Assembly (NCBI GenBank): GCA_002189035.1
Contig: NEEC01000015.1
Span: 868,001 to 932,000 of the forward strand
DNA from: Utricularia gibba
Lineage: Eukaryota > Plantae > Magnoliophyta
Direction: 5' to 3'
Length of the DNA stretch: 64,000 bases
How positions within the stretch are numbered: position 1 is the stretch's first letter; the number at the start of each line of letters is the position of its first letter. A program made the translations under genes and the position numbers. Of this stretch, positions 42,382 through 54,621 are shown piece by piece. Below the pieces are notes generated by a model, which was not told the origin of the DNA, searched no databases, and saw only the letters and a program-made list of their open reading frames with translations.

Positions 42382-44499
42382 CTACACATTCTCTGCTGCA
42401 TCTCCCTTCGTTTCGTCTGTCCTCACGATACCAGGGGTTCTCTCTGCTGCTAATCTTTCTTCGAGGGCACGAGCGCCACGTTCCCTGGAGGGGGTGGGTT
42501 GGGTGTTTTGTGACATGGCAATGGAGGTGGTGAAGTTGATGCACAAAATTGGAAGAAGATTGGTTACCTCCTCCTTACGGCTTCTATGGGGTCTGAGCCT
42601 GGCAAGGAATGAAGTTCCAAACTATGGTCTCTTGAGTCATCCAAGGATTCAGATCTTTTCCCACAAAAAATTCGGTGGAAAACGGTTGCAACTCTATCGA
42701 CAGAAGGCCTGTTTCAAGTAGAATGCTGAAATCTGGAGATACAAGAAAAAGGAAAAAGGATGTAAAGTTAGATAGCTACCTCAAGAATGTGGGGAAGAAA
42801 GTAGAGAAGGCAAATTCATCACTTGGATCTCCAACTACTTTTGTCTCTGATTTTCTTTGCCAGTATCTCAGGTATACCCAACCGAAATACACACCAAATA
42901 TTATAGTAGGAACATACGATGCTGGTTCGTTGACGAAACAGCTTGCAAGAAGTGACCCCAACACTACAAGAGAAGGCAGCCACTGCAAAAGGGTCGAATC
43001 AAGTGACATGAATGTACACGTGAAGATCAGGCCAACAACCTAAAGTATAAAGCAAAAGGAAATCTTTGCATGAATCCTGAAATTCGTACTTTCACTCTAA
43101 TTTTCAACAAGGGCAGCTCCTGGTCAGGAATTATCTGTTTGCCACCCACTAAGAATCCAGAAAGTGCTCCAGAGAAGCCAGAAATAGGCATGTAGCTGAC
43201 ACAAGGTTAGTGCAAAAACTGTTAAAGAGGTATAAAGAAACTGGAGAGGGCAGAAACACATATGAGAACAAAAGCAATGACTAATTTAGGAGAGGTCATG
43301 CTAAAATGATCTGAAAGCTTCAGTTCATCAGTTATAGCAGGCAAGAAGCAATATAAGGCACAAGTAAATGAGCTGTTGGATCCCTTACAGGAAAGTTTCC
43401 TTCTTTGTGACATAGTATAAGGAAATAGCGGTGATGAAGACACAAACTGAAGTCAGAAAGTTGACGATAAATATGAACTTCAAAAAATCCCTAGAACCCC
43501 AAACTGGCTCAAGTAGACTTCCAATGAAAAGAAGGCCAACATTGCTGATGCCAGCTGCAGTATACGGATAACATCGGATCAAAATTTGACTTGATGAGAC
43601 GTAAGCAATGCAGGGAAGTAAAAATATTGAAACCAAAAAAAAGATACCCCATATATTGATTGCTCAAGATACCCAGCAGTGATAAGATTCCAGACGAAGG
43701 GTATCGTCCTGCAAAAACAAAACAACGTGTTGTATGCGTGGAAAAGGGAATAAAGCTGCCACTAAATTTAGAATAAGTCCCTCCTATTCTAATAAAAATT
43801 GTAGACATGGATAAGTAAAAAAATTGGCCCACAGTTTCATTTTCCTCAGGTGAGAGGTGTCTATGAAGTTCATATAAACCACATAGCTGATTCAGGCCCT
43901 GGAGAACTACAAAAAAAGGCTTGAATGGTAAACCCAAAGCAGATAGCACTTCAGATACTGTGTCACCAAAGCAAACTAACTTCATCAATCAAAAATTCTA
44001 GACGGGAAAGTGGACTGACTTCTTATAGATCCAATCTTTCTCAAGATCAATTGCAACAGTCAAGTACAGAAGAAGCTAGTCCTATTGCAAAATCTTACCA
44101 ATCAAAACCAAAGTATCATACAGGCGCACACAATATTATCCCACATTGACAGATGAAAGAGTTCGAAATAAGAGCGAACGTACAAAGACACCTACTTCGC
44201 AGGGATAAGAGCAAGACACGAAACAGCAGACGGAAAAATCTGCACTAGAATATGCCCCCGGCCAACACAACTGCCAGACCTTTACACAAGCGAGTGAACC
44301 CCGTGTAGAAACTCATCCCGCCCTTGTATGCAAAACAGAGCATAAGAACAGAGTCATTTCCAATGGTTGAACGGAAAATCAAGCAAGCATAAAGTTTAGA
44401 TCTGAAGAAGAAATGTAGACACAATGAACCACAAGGAACAGCCACACAATTACACGCAATTCCATGGTCACTCACTCCCGATCGTTGCTGAGAGCTCAT
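42382..44499 (-). CDS. RBL19: Rhomboid-like protein 19 / TMEM115 family membrane protein
   Basis: FTRLCKGLAVVL, RTIPFVWNLITAGYLEQ, LLEPVWGS.DFLKFIF, YFGWVYLRY.Q...GDPSDEFAFSTFFP, and ERGARALEERL...NV*. One G is missing at 44255-44259 and possibly another near the acceptor at 43555. Confidence 0.9.
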
Positions 44500-45475
44500 T
44501 TTGAGACCGCACTACCCGCCGAGATCCGATTCACAGTACCTACAAATGTCGAATCAAATCGTTCGATCTGATGCAGATCAGAAACGTATCCTGCTTGCGT
44601 ATAACAAGGTCATCGATCCTTGAATCTGACTAGAAAATGGAAGAACGTGGAAGACGATGAAGTTCATGGGCCTATGAATATCAACGTTGAGCCCAATTAC
44701 ATACAAAATGAGTCGATAAAAACGAACGAGCCCAATACACCTAATTATCCAATTTTGTCTTATTTATTATACTTTTCGGAAGAAATTCAGGAATCCACAC
44801 GTGCAGTCTATGCTCATTTACTTACCCTAATAAAATAATGCTGATAATAATTATATTGCATTTAATGTCTCTTAATTATATATAATCATGAATTTCATAA
44901 TTGTCATTAATAATATATTCAAATTATGTATATTTAATTAAAAAAATTATATTTATCATATAAATTTTATTAATATGCATTTAAAACGATGTTATCTTGA
45001 TAAATATATTTAAAACAAATATAATCAAACAAAACCTATTTTGATTACGAAAACTCATACAATATAATGGTATATTTGAAACTGTTCTTAAAAATAACTG
45101 TAAAAAAATAATTCTATTTTTCTAAGAAACGCTTTAATTTTTATCAAAATAATAATGTTTTACTTTATAAAAAAAATTAAATTATTTTAGTGTTTCAACT
45201 CCATTTGGGATAGAAAAAATATATTTTTTATTCAAGAATTACTTTATAAGTACTTTTATTAAAATTGAAACTAAACTAAACAGACTATCGTCAATGATAT
45301 GTATTTTTAGATGATAAGCTAAGATCAAGCTGATAATAAGCTACTGTGTTCAAAAGTCAATCCTGGAGAAATAGGAACAGGAAGCTTCGTCTGAGTCAAT
45401 GGCGGCAGCGATGGAGTGTCCACCTGCAAGCAAGAAAACCTGGTCTCCGACGCGGAGGACGGAGCGTGTGTGTCG

Positions 45476-45566
45476 TTCATATGCTTGGCTCCGCATAAGC
45501 CATACACTGTGGCGGCCGATTCCTCCGGCCGCCGACGCAAATGGCATACGGGGAGCCAGGCATGTG
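45476..45566 (-). ncRNA. MIR160: MIR160 precursor hairpin (mature UGCCUGGCUCCCCGUAUGCCA at 45562-45542; star GCUUAUGCGGAGCCAAGCAUA at 45500-45480)
   Basis: The mature arm is 20/21 identical to canonical miR160 (UGCCUGGCUCCCUGUAUGCCA). It pairs with the star arm with 3 mismatches, and the upper stem GGCGGCCG/CGGCCGCC is perfect. TATAAA on the minus strand at 45780-45775. Confidence 0.93.
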
Positions 45567-46812
45567 TATGGATTCACAGTCCGATGGATCGGACCGGCGG
45601 ACGAACCTTATACAAGGAGCCCCATCTACCTCTCTCTCTCTCTCGCTCTGCGAGATGAATGCTCGCTCTGGTTTACCAGAAGGAAGCAGCAAGCCCAGAA
45701 ACGCAGAGCGAGACGGGGAGGCAGGAGCGGAGGAGGATATCTGAGAATGAATGGAGCGAAAAGGGAGTCGCTAGTTTATAGAGGAAACAAACATTACAAC
45801 AGCATAAATGCAAGGAAGGCCGTGGAGAGAAAATGTTGGTTGGGACAATTGATGTCTCGTGGCGACAAACACACGTAGTGTAGTAATGCGGACGATTTTT
45901 ATTCAAGGTTCGGTCTACACGGGAGGGGGAGTAAAGTAAATAAATGGAAGGGACAATTGTTCCCGACCCGACCCTCCCTCAACACCTAACCATCCCCGGG
46001 CCCGGGCCCATCTTCATCATTATTATTATATTTTATATTTTGGAATTTATTTTAATGGTACACCAGGCCGTTGCTCTTGTTTGAATTCAAATTCGGCATC
46101 CGGCTTATGTTGTGCCAGCTGTCATCTCACAAAGTTTCAAACTGTATATTTTTTGTATTAAAAATTTAAAATATTATAATTTAATTAACATACTTTTTTT
46201 ATTTAATTATTATTCCTAATTATTAAAATAATTAATTATTAAATTTTAAAATTAATCATATACTTTTCAATTTACTTTTTTTTAAACAGTTTTTATTTAA
46301 ACTTATGAACTTATATATTTAATTACTCATACATTAATATTGATTGTATGGTTTTAACTATTATTTGGATCTTCGTTATATAATTTTGAGAATTTGAAAG
46401 TTAAATTATTTATAATGACTGAAACTTAATGCGCTGTTTTAACGATTTTTTCATTAAATAATAATTATTTGTAATGCAATGATTTTAATTTTAATTATAA
46501 TTTTTTCATTTGCACTCTGACCAATTTTACTTTTTTTCGCTCTGGGCCCACAAGCTAGCCGTGTCCGTCTCCCGGGCGGACGCGTCCTTTCCCGCCAATG
46601 ACTGTTGCAGTCTCTTGGAAATTCTGCTACGTTTGCATGGAAACCCCAAAAGCACGGGGGTTCTGTTCCCGATGATTTCCGAAGAAGACGAAGCATCTCG
46701 ATCTGACCAAAACCTCGTATAGTATATAGACTATAGAATCCAATCATGTAATAAAATGCCAAGAGCTTCTTGCTTATCTGTGAAGTGGAGATTGGTGTGG
46801 TGTCGTGTGTAC

Positions 46813-47609
46813 TCAGTGTTGAAATGCTTGGTGCTGCCTCTTGACGTACTTCCTCGCCCACACATGCTTCCCGTTGATCGTGTACTTGGCCTTGTTGCCT
46901 TTCACGATCGCCTCCATCTCCGGCTTCCCCCGGACGACCATCTTGGCGTACAGCACCTGCTCCTCCTCCCCGACTTCCTGCATCATCAGCTCCTCCACCG
47001 TGTCCCCGAACTTCCTGGTAAAGAACTCCTTGATTTCCTTTTCCCTGATGGGGTAGCCCTTGGAGAACGTGAGGAAGACCGTCCTGTCGTCCGGTGGCAC
47101 CTCCGCCTTGTCTTTCACTGGTGTGGCTTGGTTTTCATCGTGCGCTACGATCACGTCGTTGAAGGCGCGCCAGCACACGGTGTGCAAGATGTTTCTCATC
47201 TCCAGCAGCACCTGGAAGCGGCGGCGATGGAAGTGCGCGAGCGTGAGGTCCGGAGCGCCGACGAGGTGGCGCAGGGTGGTGATGTCGAAGCGGGTTTGGG
47301 TCGGGGCGAAGCGACCCGTCTCCATGAACGTGAAGCATGTCCATGCTTCGTCGGCGAGTTGATCCAGGAAGGGGGTTCCAGAGACAGCATCTTGCTGACG
47401 AGGTGGAAGTCGCGGGTCTCCCTTTCCAGGAAGATGAAGAAGGCCATGACGTGGGCGGATTCGATTGGGTCGCGGTGGAGGGCACGGACCAGGCGGCCGT
47501 AGAGCCGCCGGTCTATGGAGTGGAAGAGATTGAATTCCTGGTCGGTCACTTGCGGGTGGCGCGTGGCCAGAGGGAAAAGGGACGGCGTCGTTTTGGAACC
47601 AGCGTCCAT
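46813..47609 (-). CDS. Intronless plant-specific protein with C-terminal RRM-like domain (PPDDRTVFLTFSKGYP family), uncharacterized
   Basis: MDAGSK...QEFNLFHSIDRRLYGRLV..LHRDP.ES..VMAF joins ...FLDQLADEA...PPDDRTVFLTFSKGYPI...INGKHVWARKY after adding one C at 47371-47375. Confidence 0.85.
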
Positions 47610-48448
47610 TCTCCCTTGCGACAGCCACAGCCGCAGCCGCCTCCACCTACATATAATACAACGATACACACCTTTTGGAAGAGGAGCATCTTTTCCGAAG
47701 GGGTGCGGTTGCCATCCCATGTATTTACTTCATTAATCGCGCTCGATACACTGTTTTAATGATCCACAGTTGATTTCCAGTAAACCCATTTGGAGAGCGA
47801 GCGTTTCCTCAACTCCCATGTCAGTCAGTCAGTCATTCATGCACGTCCCGGAGCGGCGTCGCCGCCGTGCCCTCCGGCGAGGGTGGAGAAGACCGTTTTC
47901 CGATGCCCGTTGTTGGGACCCCCGCATTTTTGAAAACCGGTAGTTATTTGTCCCAATGACTGTCACCACATCCAACACAAACACACCTGAATGCTCAGTT
48001 CCGATCCCAGTATCGAATCAAACAGTGAACTTTGCATCTATTCCGATTGGGATCCAACTGCAGGCGCCGTCGTTCAATCAAAAAGATTATTCAAAAATGA
48101 TGTATGCTTCAAGGTCCAAAACAGGCCGGAGTTGGTTGCCGGAGAGAATTGTGGATCGAGACGGCGGTGAGTATTCAGGGACGTCTCTCATGTAGACCAG
48201 AGGGTCAGGGTATGCGACAAGGACCCAGTTGCCATGTAAAGTTAGGAACAGGCTAAAAAAAAGGCATCTAAACGAGAAGTGATCAAAAGCTTGTACCCAT
48301 CTACGTGTTTAAGACACTGGAAGTCAGTCATCCATTAGCAGGGCAGGCAGGCAGGCAGCAGCTGCAGTCCATTGCATTTGCATTCCGGACTCCATTTGCT
48401 TACTTTTCAGTTTCCACACATGCAGCAATGGGATGCATAAGAGCTCAG

Positions 48449-51349
48449 TCAATCAGTTTCAAGCTCCGCACCGAATTTCTCTAATCTATCCGTCTCCTCG
48501 TCCAGGTCGCGAATCAACGCATGGTTGATGGATCCATCATCCTCGCTTGCAAGAATTTGTCTTCCACCAAACCTATTCACAGACATGGAGATGGAGATGA
48601 ATCATACGGAATGGTGGCGGATATCTGCAATCATCTCTTTATAACCAAACTCTGGCAGTCTCTTGTCACTGTTTCATTGTGGAAATACAAGCCTGGGACT
48701 TACCACCGACCGTTCATCAACTCTATGCATTTTTGGGCATCCTTTCTATCTTTATACTTAACCAAGACGACACCCTGTGGATGGTTTTCACAGACCTACA
48801 GTCCAGTCCATTCAAGACAATGAGTGCACAAATCATTTGACCAATGCAATTAGATTATGTTAAAATACCTTTATTGATTCTATGGGACCAAGTTTTCCAC
48901 ATTCATCCCGAATATCTTCCTCCAATTCTTGGCGGAATTGGTCATCAGCCTATGAAACGAAATGTAGCAATCAATCAAATGCTTAGATTCATGATTTCAT
49001 GCTCATGGAGGTAACTGCTGAGAAATTTAAAACAGAGGCAGAAAAAAAAAATACATCGCATACTAATTCAAAATGTAAATGCAAAGGCACTAGGATGAGG
49101 GAATAAACACCCCACCCTTAATTCAGCAGGCAGAAACATGTGCTGGAGAATAACAGTGGCTGGAATAGCCACTTTTGCATCATCTCGCCCACCTGTTTAT
49201 TTGCAACACTGTTAAAATCCAAAGCTTCATAACTACATCAAAAAGATTAAGATAGCGCCAATGTATTTCCTTGTGGAAATGGAAGGGTAGTGAAAAAGCA
49301 CCCCCTTTGGAATAGACCTACCCCAGCCAAGCATTTTCTGCTCAACCTTTTGTAGCTTCTTTTTCTTTTTTTTGTCCACTTGTTTCGATATAAATCTATC
49401 CCCTACAGAAGGATATAAAAGCATGTTATCAATATGAAATTTCATGACAAGCAACCAAGCTACCAAAAATTAGAATCCATTCAAAATGTTGCCATCAGAA
49501 AGAAAGCCATACCTTTCTGCTCAAAGACGGCTTTACTAACTGTCATCATAATCTTGCCATCGGGCCTTAAAGGTGTAGCGTCTAAAATCTGGATAGCTAG
49601 AGCTACAGAAGGTTCCTAGCGAACACAGAAATGATTCACAGATGGCATCGAGCAAGCACATAGTTCAACTGGGGTTAATCACCATAACCGTGAAAAGTAC
49701 TACCTTCAGATAACTGACAAGAGCATCCCCTTTGGCTTTTCCTGTTTCTTTGTCGGCATAAATCTTCACGCGAGGTTTTTTAGTTTCTGGGTCCTGAGTA
49801 GTAGTTCGAACATCATAAATAATTCTAGACAACCACAGAACAAAGTTAAGGCAAGAAGAAGTTTCGAACGCATGGAAAACCCCTTGATGTAGTGAATTTC
49901 GTGAAACATCAAGAAATGAAATATATAACGACAACTGCCATAGCAAAACAGGAAACTAGGAAACATGTTACCTCCTTGATAATACCACATTTGGAAAATA
50001 CTTCAGCCACCTGCATCTCATAGCAGCAACTTTTAGCATGTGGTGCTTACCTGGCAAACAATACCAAAACAATCAAGAGAACAGATAACGGCACACTACT
50101 AACCTCTTCAATGGTGACATCATCTGGCAACCCAGTAATGTATACGTGTGTATTAACTTTCAATTCGAACCAAGAATCAGGTGGCTTATCGGCTTCCTAA
50201 GGAAACGATTTCCATGAAGTGAATCAATAGTAGATTGGAATATCTATATTTTTTTTGAATAGACGAGCTATGTGGGTAAGGAAAATAACATCAATGCCTA
50301 GACATGCTAAGGACCGACCTTCTTTTCTGTATTTTTCTTATCAGAAGATTTCTCAGGTAGTTTCCTTTTGGCATTTTGCTTTTCCGGGGCAGTTTCAGGA
50401 GGATCATCAGGCTCTTTATGCAGTGGGTGGATTCCAGCATCTGCTGTTGGAAAAACTTCCTCTTCTTGCAGATATACCATATCTTCCAGACCATAATCAT
50501 CCTTGTTCTGGGTGGCGGATTCCTATTAGAAATAAAACAATTGTTGTGATCATTGATAAGAAGAGATACACCATACTTAATCAATAATGACGTAAGCCAA
50601 GATATATCACCCGTGATTTTTCTTATCCCTACTTTTTCAGATTTGACCAAAGTTGGAGACACTTTACCGGAAAAACACAGGAACCAACCTGAGGCACCCA
50701 TACTCTCAAAGTTGAATCCCATTTGTACCTAGTCCCATCATCATCAGTAAATTCTTCCTCACCCTCAGGCGGCGTACCAGGTCGGTCAAGATCATCAACT
50801 TTATTAAGCTCCACCTCAGCTTCCGCCTCCTTCACCTCCCGTTGCCACTTTTCAAACTCATCTTCCTCATTTGGTTCAGCTGCAACATCATGAAAATCAA
50901 GCATCTTTGAAATCTTGAAAAAAACCAGGTACTTGGCAAATAAATTTATTACAAAACCTGGCACTGGGTCATTTTTTTCAGGAAGGCCAGTCACGAAATC
51001 AGGAAATGATGAAAGAGGCTTCCACTCAGAGCACCCCTCTGACCATATAAGAGTATCGGGTGACAAATACCCACTGGAATAGTGTGCTGCACAGATTAAC
51101 TTAATACACTTAAAACAGGTGATTCTCACGAAATAAGCAGCTGTTCAGACAAAGAAATGCTGAGCTTCAAAAAAAGTAAAGCTACTAAATGAAGGTAAAG
51201 CTGATCTCAATAAGTCAAAAAAATACATACTATTTGCTAGAAAAAAAAACTACGAAAACCAATGTCTGACCTCGCAACTCGGAGGCAGTGTAAGGGCCAA
51301 TTACTTCTTGTTCCTGACCAAGAATGTACCACTCTCCTCCAGCACTCAT
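48449..51349 (-). CDS. HTATSF1: Splicing factor U2AF-associated protein 2 (HTATSF1/TatSF1/CUS2 homolog)
   Basis: GYF-like [28 protein letters not shown]1 [14 protein letters not shown]|[13 protein letters not shown], and [17 protein letters not shown]...MNGRW|FGGRQI; end ...AELETD*. The start codon is approximate; an upstream exon is possible. Confidence 0.92.
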
Positions 51350-51854
51350 ATCTGAGAAAGACTAAAAAATAATCTTCATAAAGCTATTCATGAAACTATA
51401 TACAAGGCTTCAAGTAGAATTGGAGAATTTTAGGAGCAAAGCTACTCAATTTATACCGAGTGCTTCCCAAGCATAAAACTAAAAGCCTCCAAAAAGCATG
51501 CGATTTACCTGAGTAGTATCTGACTGAAGCAGTCACGCAAAATGGCTACACGAAACCACTAACAAAATCAATCAAGAAACACGGTTCCGAACTGGATTCC
51601 TGCAAAGACCGGAAACCCGCGGTGGTTCATTCTTTCTTCGAGTCGATATGGCTGAAAGTCGAGGTAGGAGTATGGGCCGGACCCAAAATGAAAGCCCAAA
51701 AAGCCTTTTAGTTCGTCTCTCAGTGACCAGGCCAGGCGCCCATTACAGGTGCTGAATTTCCTTTAATTTTCACGGCGGCGGTTGTGTAACCCTGTTGCAG
51801 TGCGGTGGATCTCCACGGCGTGTAACCTACGTCAAACGGCGGTTTTTGGAAGAA

Positions 51855-53262
51855 ATGTTGCTTCGCAGCAAGGATCGTTCTCTATACGGCGTACTTTCTT
51901 CAATGAGATACCCTCCAGACCGGGGGCTCGATCATGCTGTAGGGCGAGAGAGGCATCTTAAACCAATCATCAATCTTAAGAATCTCATAGTTTCCGAGCC
52001 ATCCAAGTCCGCGCCACTCTCTGTAATTGCTGAAATGAAGGAAAAACTAGGAATCCCGTTTCGTCCTGTTGAGTTCATTCGGAAGTACCCTTCGATTTTT
52101 CAGGAATTCTACTCGGGGCTTCTAATGTCCATCCCCACGTTAAGCTGACGCCTGAAGTTCTGTCTTTGAACTCCGAGGAAACTCTTTTGTATCAGAGTGT
52201 GGATTATAAGCAAGAAATCGCATCCCGCCTTCTGAAGTTGCTGATGATCCGTAGAATCCGTAAAATTCCAATCTTTGTAGTGGAACGTCTGAGTTGGGAG
52301 CTGGGGTTGCCTCATGATTTTATACAATCAATAGTTCCAGAGTTTCCAGATTATTTTAGGGTAGTTTGTGGGAAGCATCTGAGAGAAAATGAAAAGCTAC
52401 TTGAGCTGGTTTTCTGGAATGATGAGTTAGCAATTTCAGAGATAGAAAAAAGCGGGCCCTTGTGCGGGAACATGAATTTTGCGCTTCAATACTCGAATGG
52501 CTTTGAGATGGATAAGAAGTACAAGAAGTGGCTGGATGATTGGCGAAAGATGCCCTATTTATCGCCGTATGAGAATGCAACGCATTTAGCATCGAAGACT
52601 GATGACTGTGATGTTGGGTGGTAGCAGTGTTGCACGAGGTTCTCAACCTTTTTGTTGGAAAGAAGGCAGATAGAGAGAGCTTGCTTTGCTTAGGAAAGTT
52701 CTGGGGGCTGCGCCCTAGCTTCAAGCATGCAATCTTGCAACATCCTGGGATTTTTTACGTCTCTAAAAGGATTGGTATGCATACTGTGGTTCTGAGGGAC
52801 GGGTACAGGAGAGGGATGTTGATTGAGAGGCATCCCTTGATGGATGTGAGAATGAAGTATGCTAAGTTGATGAGCGTTGCTAAGGAAAAAAATAATTCCC
52901 AACACAAGCAAAAAGAAAGTAATGCCGATGCCAAAAACACTGATGCTGATGCATCGGATAAGGAAGATGATGGGATTACCGAAAGTGAAGATGATCAAGC
53001 TTATGAGTCTTCCGATGAAAATTATTTGAAAGCTACAAGGGTAAGCAGTGGAAGAAGACCGAGAAGGGAGCATAGAGTTAGCATAGATAATAGTGCTGAA
53101 AGGCACTATGTAAGGAGGGCGGTTAAAAGCAAAACATATGAAAAGCATTCGACAGCTGAAAGGGTAACCAGTGGAATGAGACCAAGAAGGGCATATGCGG
53201 CAAGCAGAGATGATACTGCTGAGCGGCACTCTGTAAGGAGGGCGATTAAAAGCAAAATATAG
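51855..53262 (+). CDS. PORR-domain (plant organelle RNA recognition; WTF1/RPD1-like) protein, intronless, with two apparent frameshifts
   Basis: DRGLDHAV...LKPIINLK...FIRKYPSIF, RLLKLLM..LSWELGLP.DF...PEFPDYF, W.KMPY.SPYE, WVVAVLHE.L, and HPGIFYVS....HTVVLRD.Y..G.LIE.HPL. Frames switch at about 52110 and about 52615. Confidence 0.8.
53038..53259 (+). repeat. Two diverged 123-bp-period tandem repeats in the PORR C-terminal tail
   Basis: RVSSGRRPRREHRVSIDNSAERHYVRRAVKSKT (from 53038) versus RVTSGMRPRRAYAASRDDTAERHSVRRAIKSKI (from 53161). Confidence 0.85.
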
Positions 53263-54621
53263 AAGTCGAGGATGGTTCTGTGTGAGTGGCCGAACCCGCC
53301 TCAAGATTAAGCCATGACCGATAGGAATCTATACAGACTGTGGCCAGGTCCAGAATACCGAAGACTGTGAATGGCTGAGCAAATCTTGCCTGCTGGTGGG
53401 AGTCTGTCGCTGCATTTGGAAACAAAAGATAGACCCTGTAAGGATGATTCACCAACCGTTGCTACTTTTTCAAGAAGATTTGCCTTTTTTTGTCTAGGTT
53501 TTATTGTATGTTTATTTGATGGAATACTCTGTTGGTGGCAGTCTAAAAAACTTGCCTTTCTGATAGTTTGGAGAAGAGTTATTTTCTGTCTATTTTCAAT
53601 TTTGCACTTTTTCGCTATAATGGTCTTGAATCAATGTAAAGAGGAGTATGCTTGAAATGATTAGACTTGCCCATTTTGTATCTGTTTACATGTTACTGAA
53701 ATGGAATCTCTTATAACTCAACAAACACTACTAGGTTCTAGGCATGTCTGCAGTTGAAACGAAGTGTATAAAGAGGATAATTCGCGTGCAGAAGCATTTC
53801 AAAACATCCATGCCTAAGGCAAAGAACTATATACTCCAAGCTACTAGAGCTGGCACAATTCCCAATCCCGGACATAAAAAAACTGCAGGAACTACTGCAA
53901 TCGTCGAACTGAGTTCAGGTCAAGGTTTTTATAGCTGCTCATCTTAATTAAAAAACTAAGGAGAGGCATATGTTATCGAATCATCAGCTGACCCCTCAAC
54001 ATCTGTGGCATCAAGGTTACATTTAAATTCCGCCTGTTCAACCTTAGTGTTTGCTTCATTGTATTGCTATTGATAAGAAGTTGCAGCATACCCCTTTTTG
54101 CAGTGTAGCAGGAGTGCGGCCTTGAAAAAGGACAATGTGACCAGAAAGCTTACCTTCACTACGGAATGTTGTTCCACAGGAGCAAAGCTATTTATCACGC
54201 CCGCAGTGCTTTTCATGTGTCTAAAGATCAGCAATCACAGAAAACTTCTTCTAGTTGCATTGACTGTGCATGAAAGTTTTGTGGCAGTGAGTCCTCTTGT
54301 AATGATATTTAGCACACAATATATAGTCCTCAAGGGCTGAAAGTAGCCCACGTAAGGACAAGTATACCACCTGCGAGCTACACCCAGCGCACATTTTTTG
54401 TTTCACCATAAACAAAGTAACAACTGCAATCCTGACTGACAATGATTTGGCGCTACTTGTATCAAGCATGGGCAAAGATCCTTTGCTTCCTTTTACACCT
54501 TTTTCCCAATGCAGAGACTGGGGTTGTGTGATGGAGAGCAGGTGTGTGTCATCACTCATCACTAAATCATAAGTAACACATGAATCCAATGGCTGGAGAA
54601 GAAGATATGCAAATATGACAG

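Noticed and set aside
45325-45906. Several 67-159 aa ORFs around MIR160
   Set aside because: No protein family similarity; they overlap the miRNA hairpin and its promoter.
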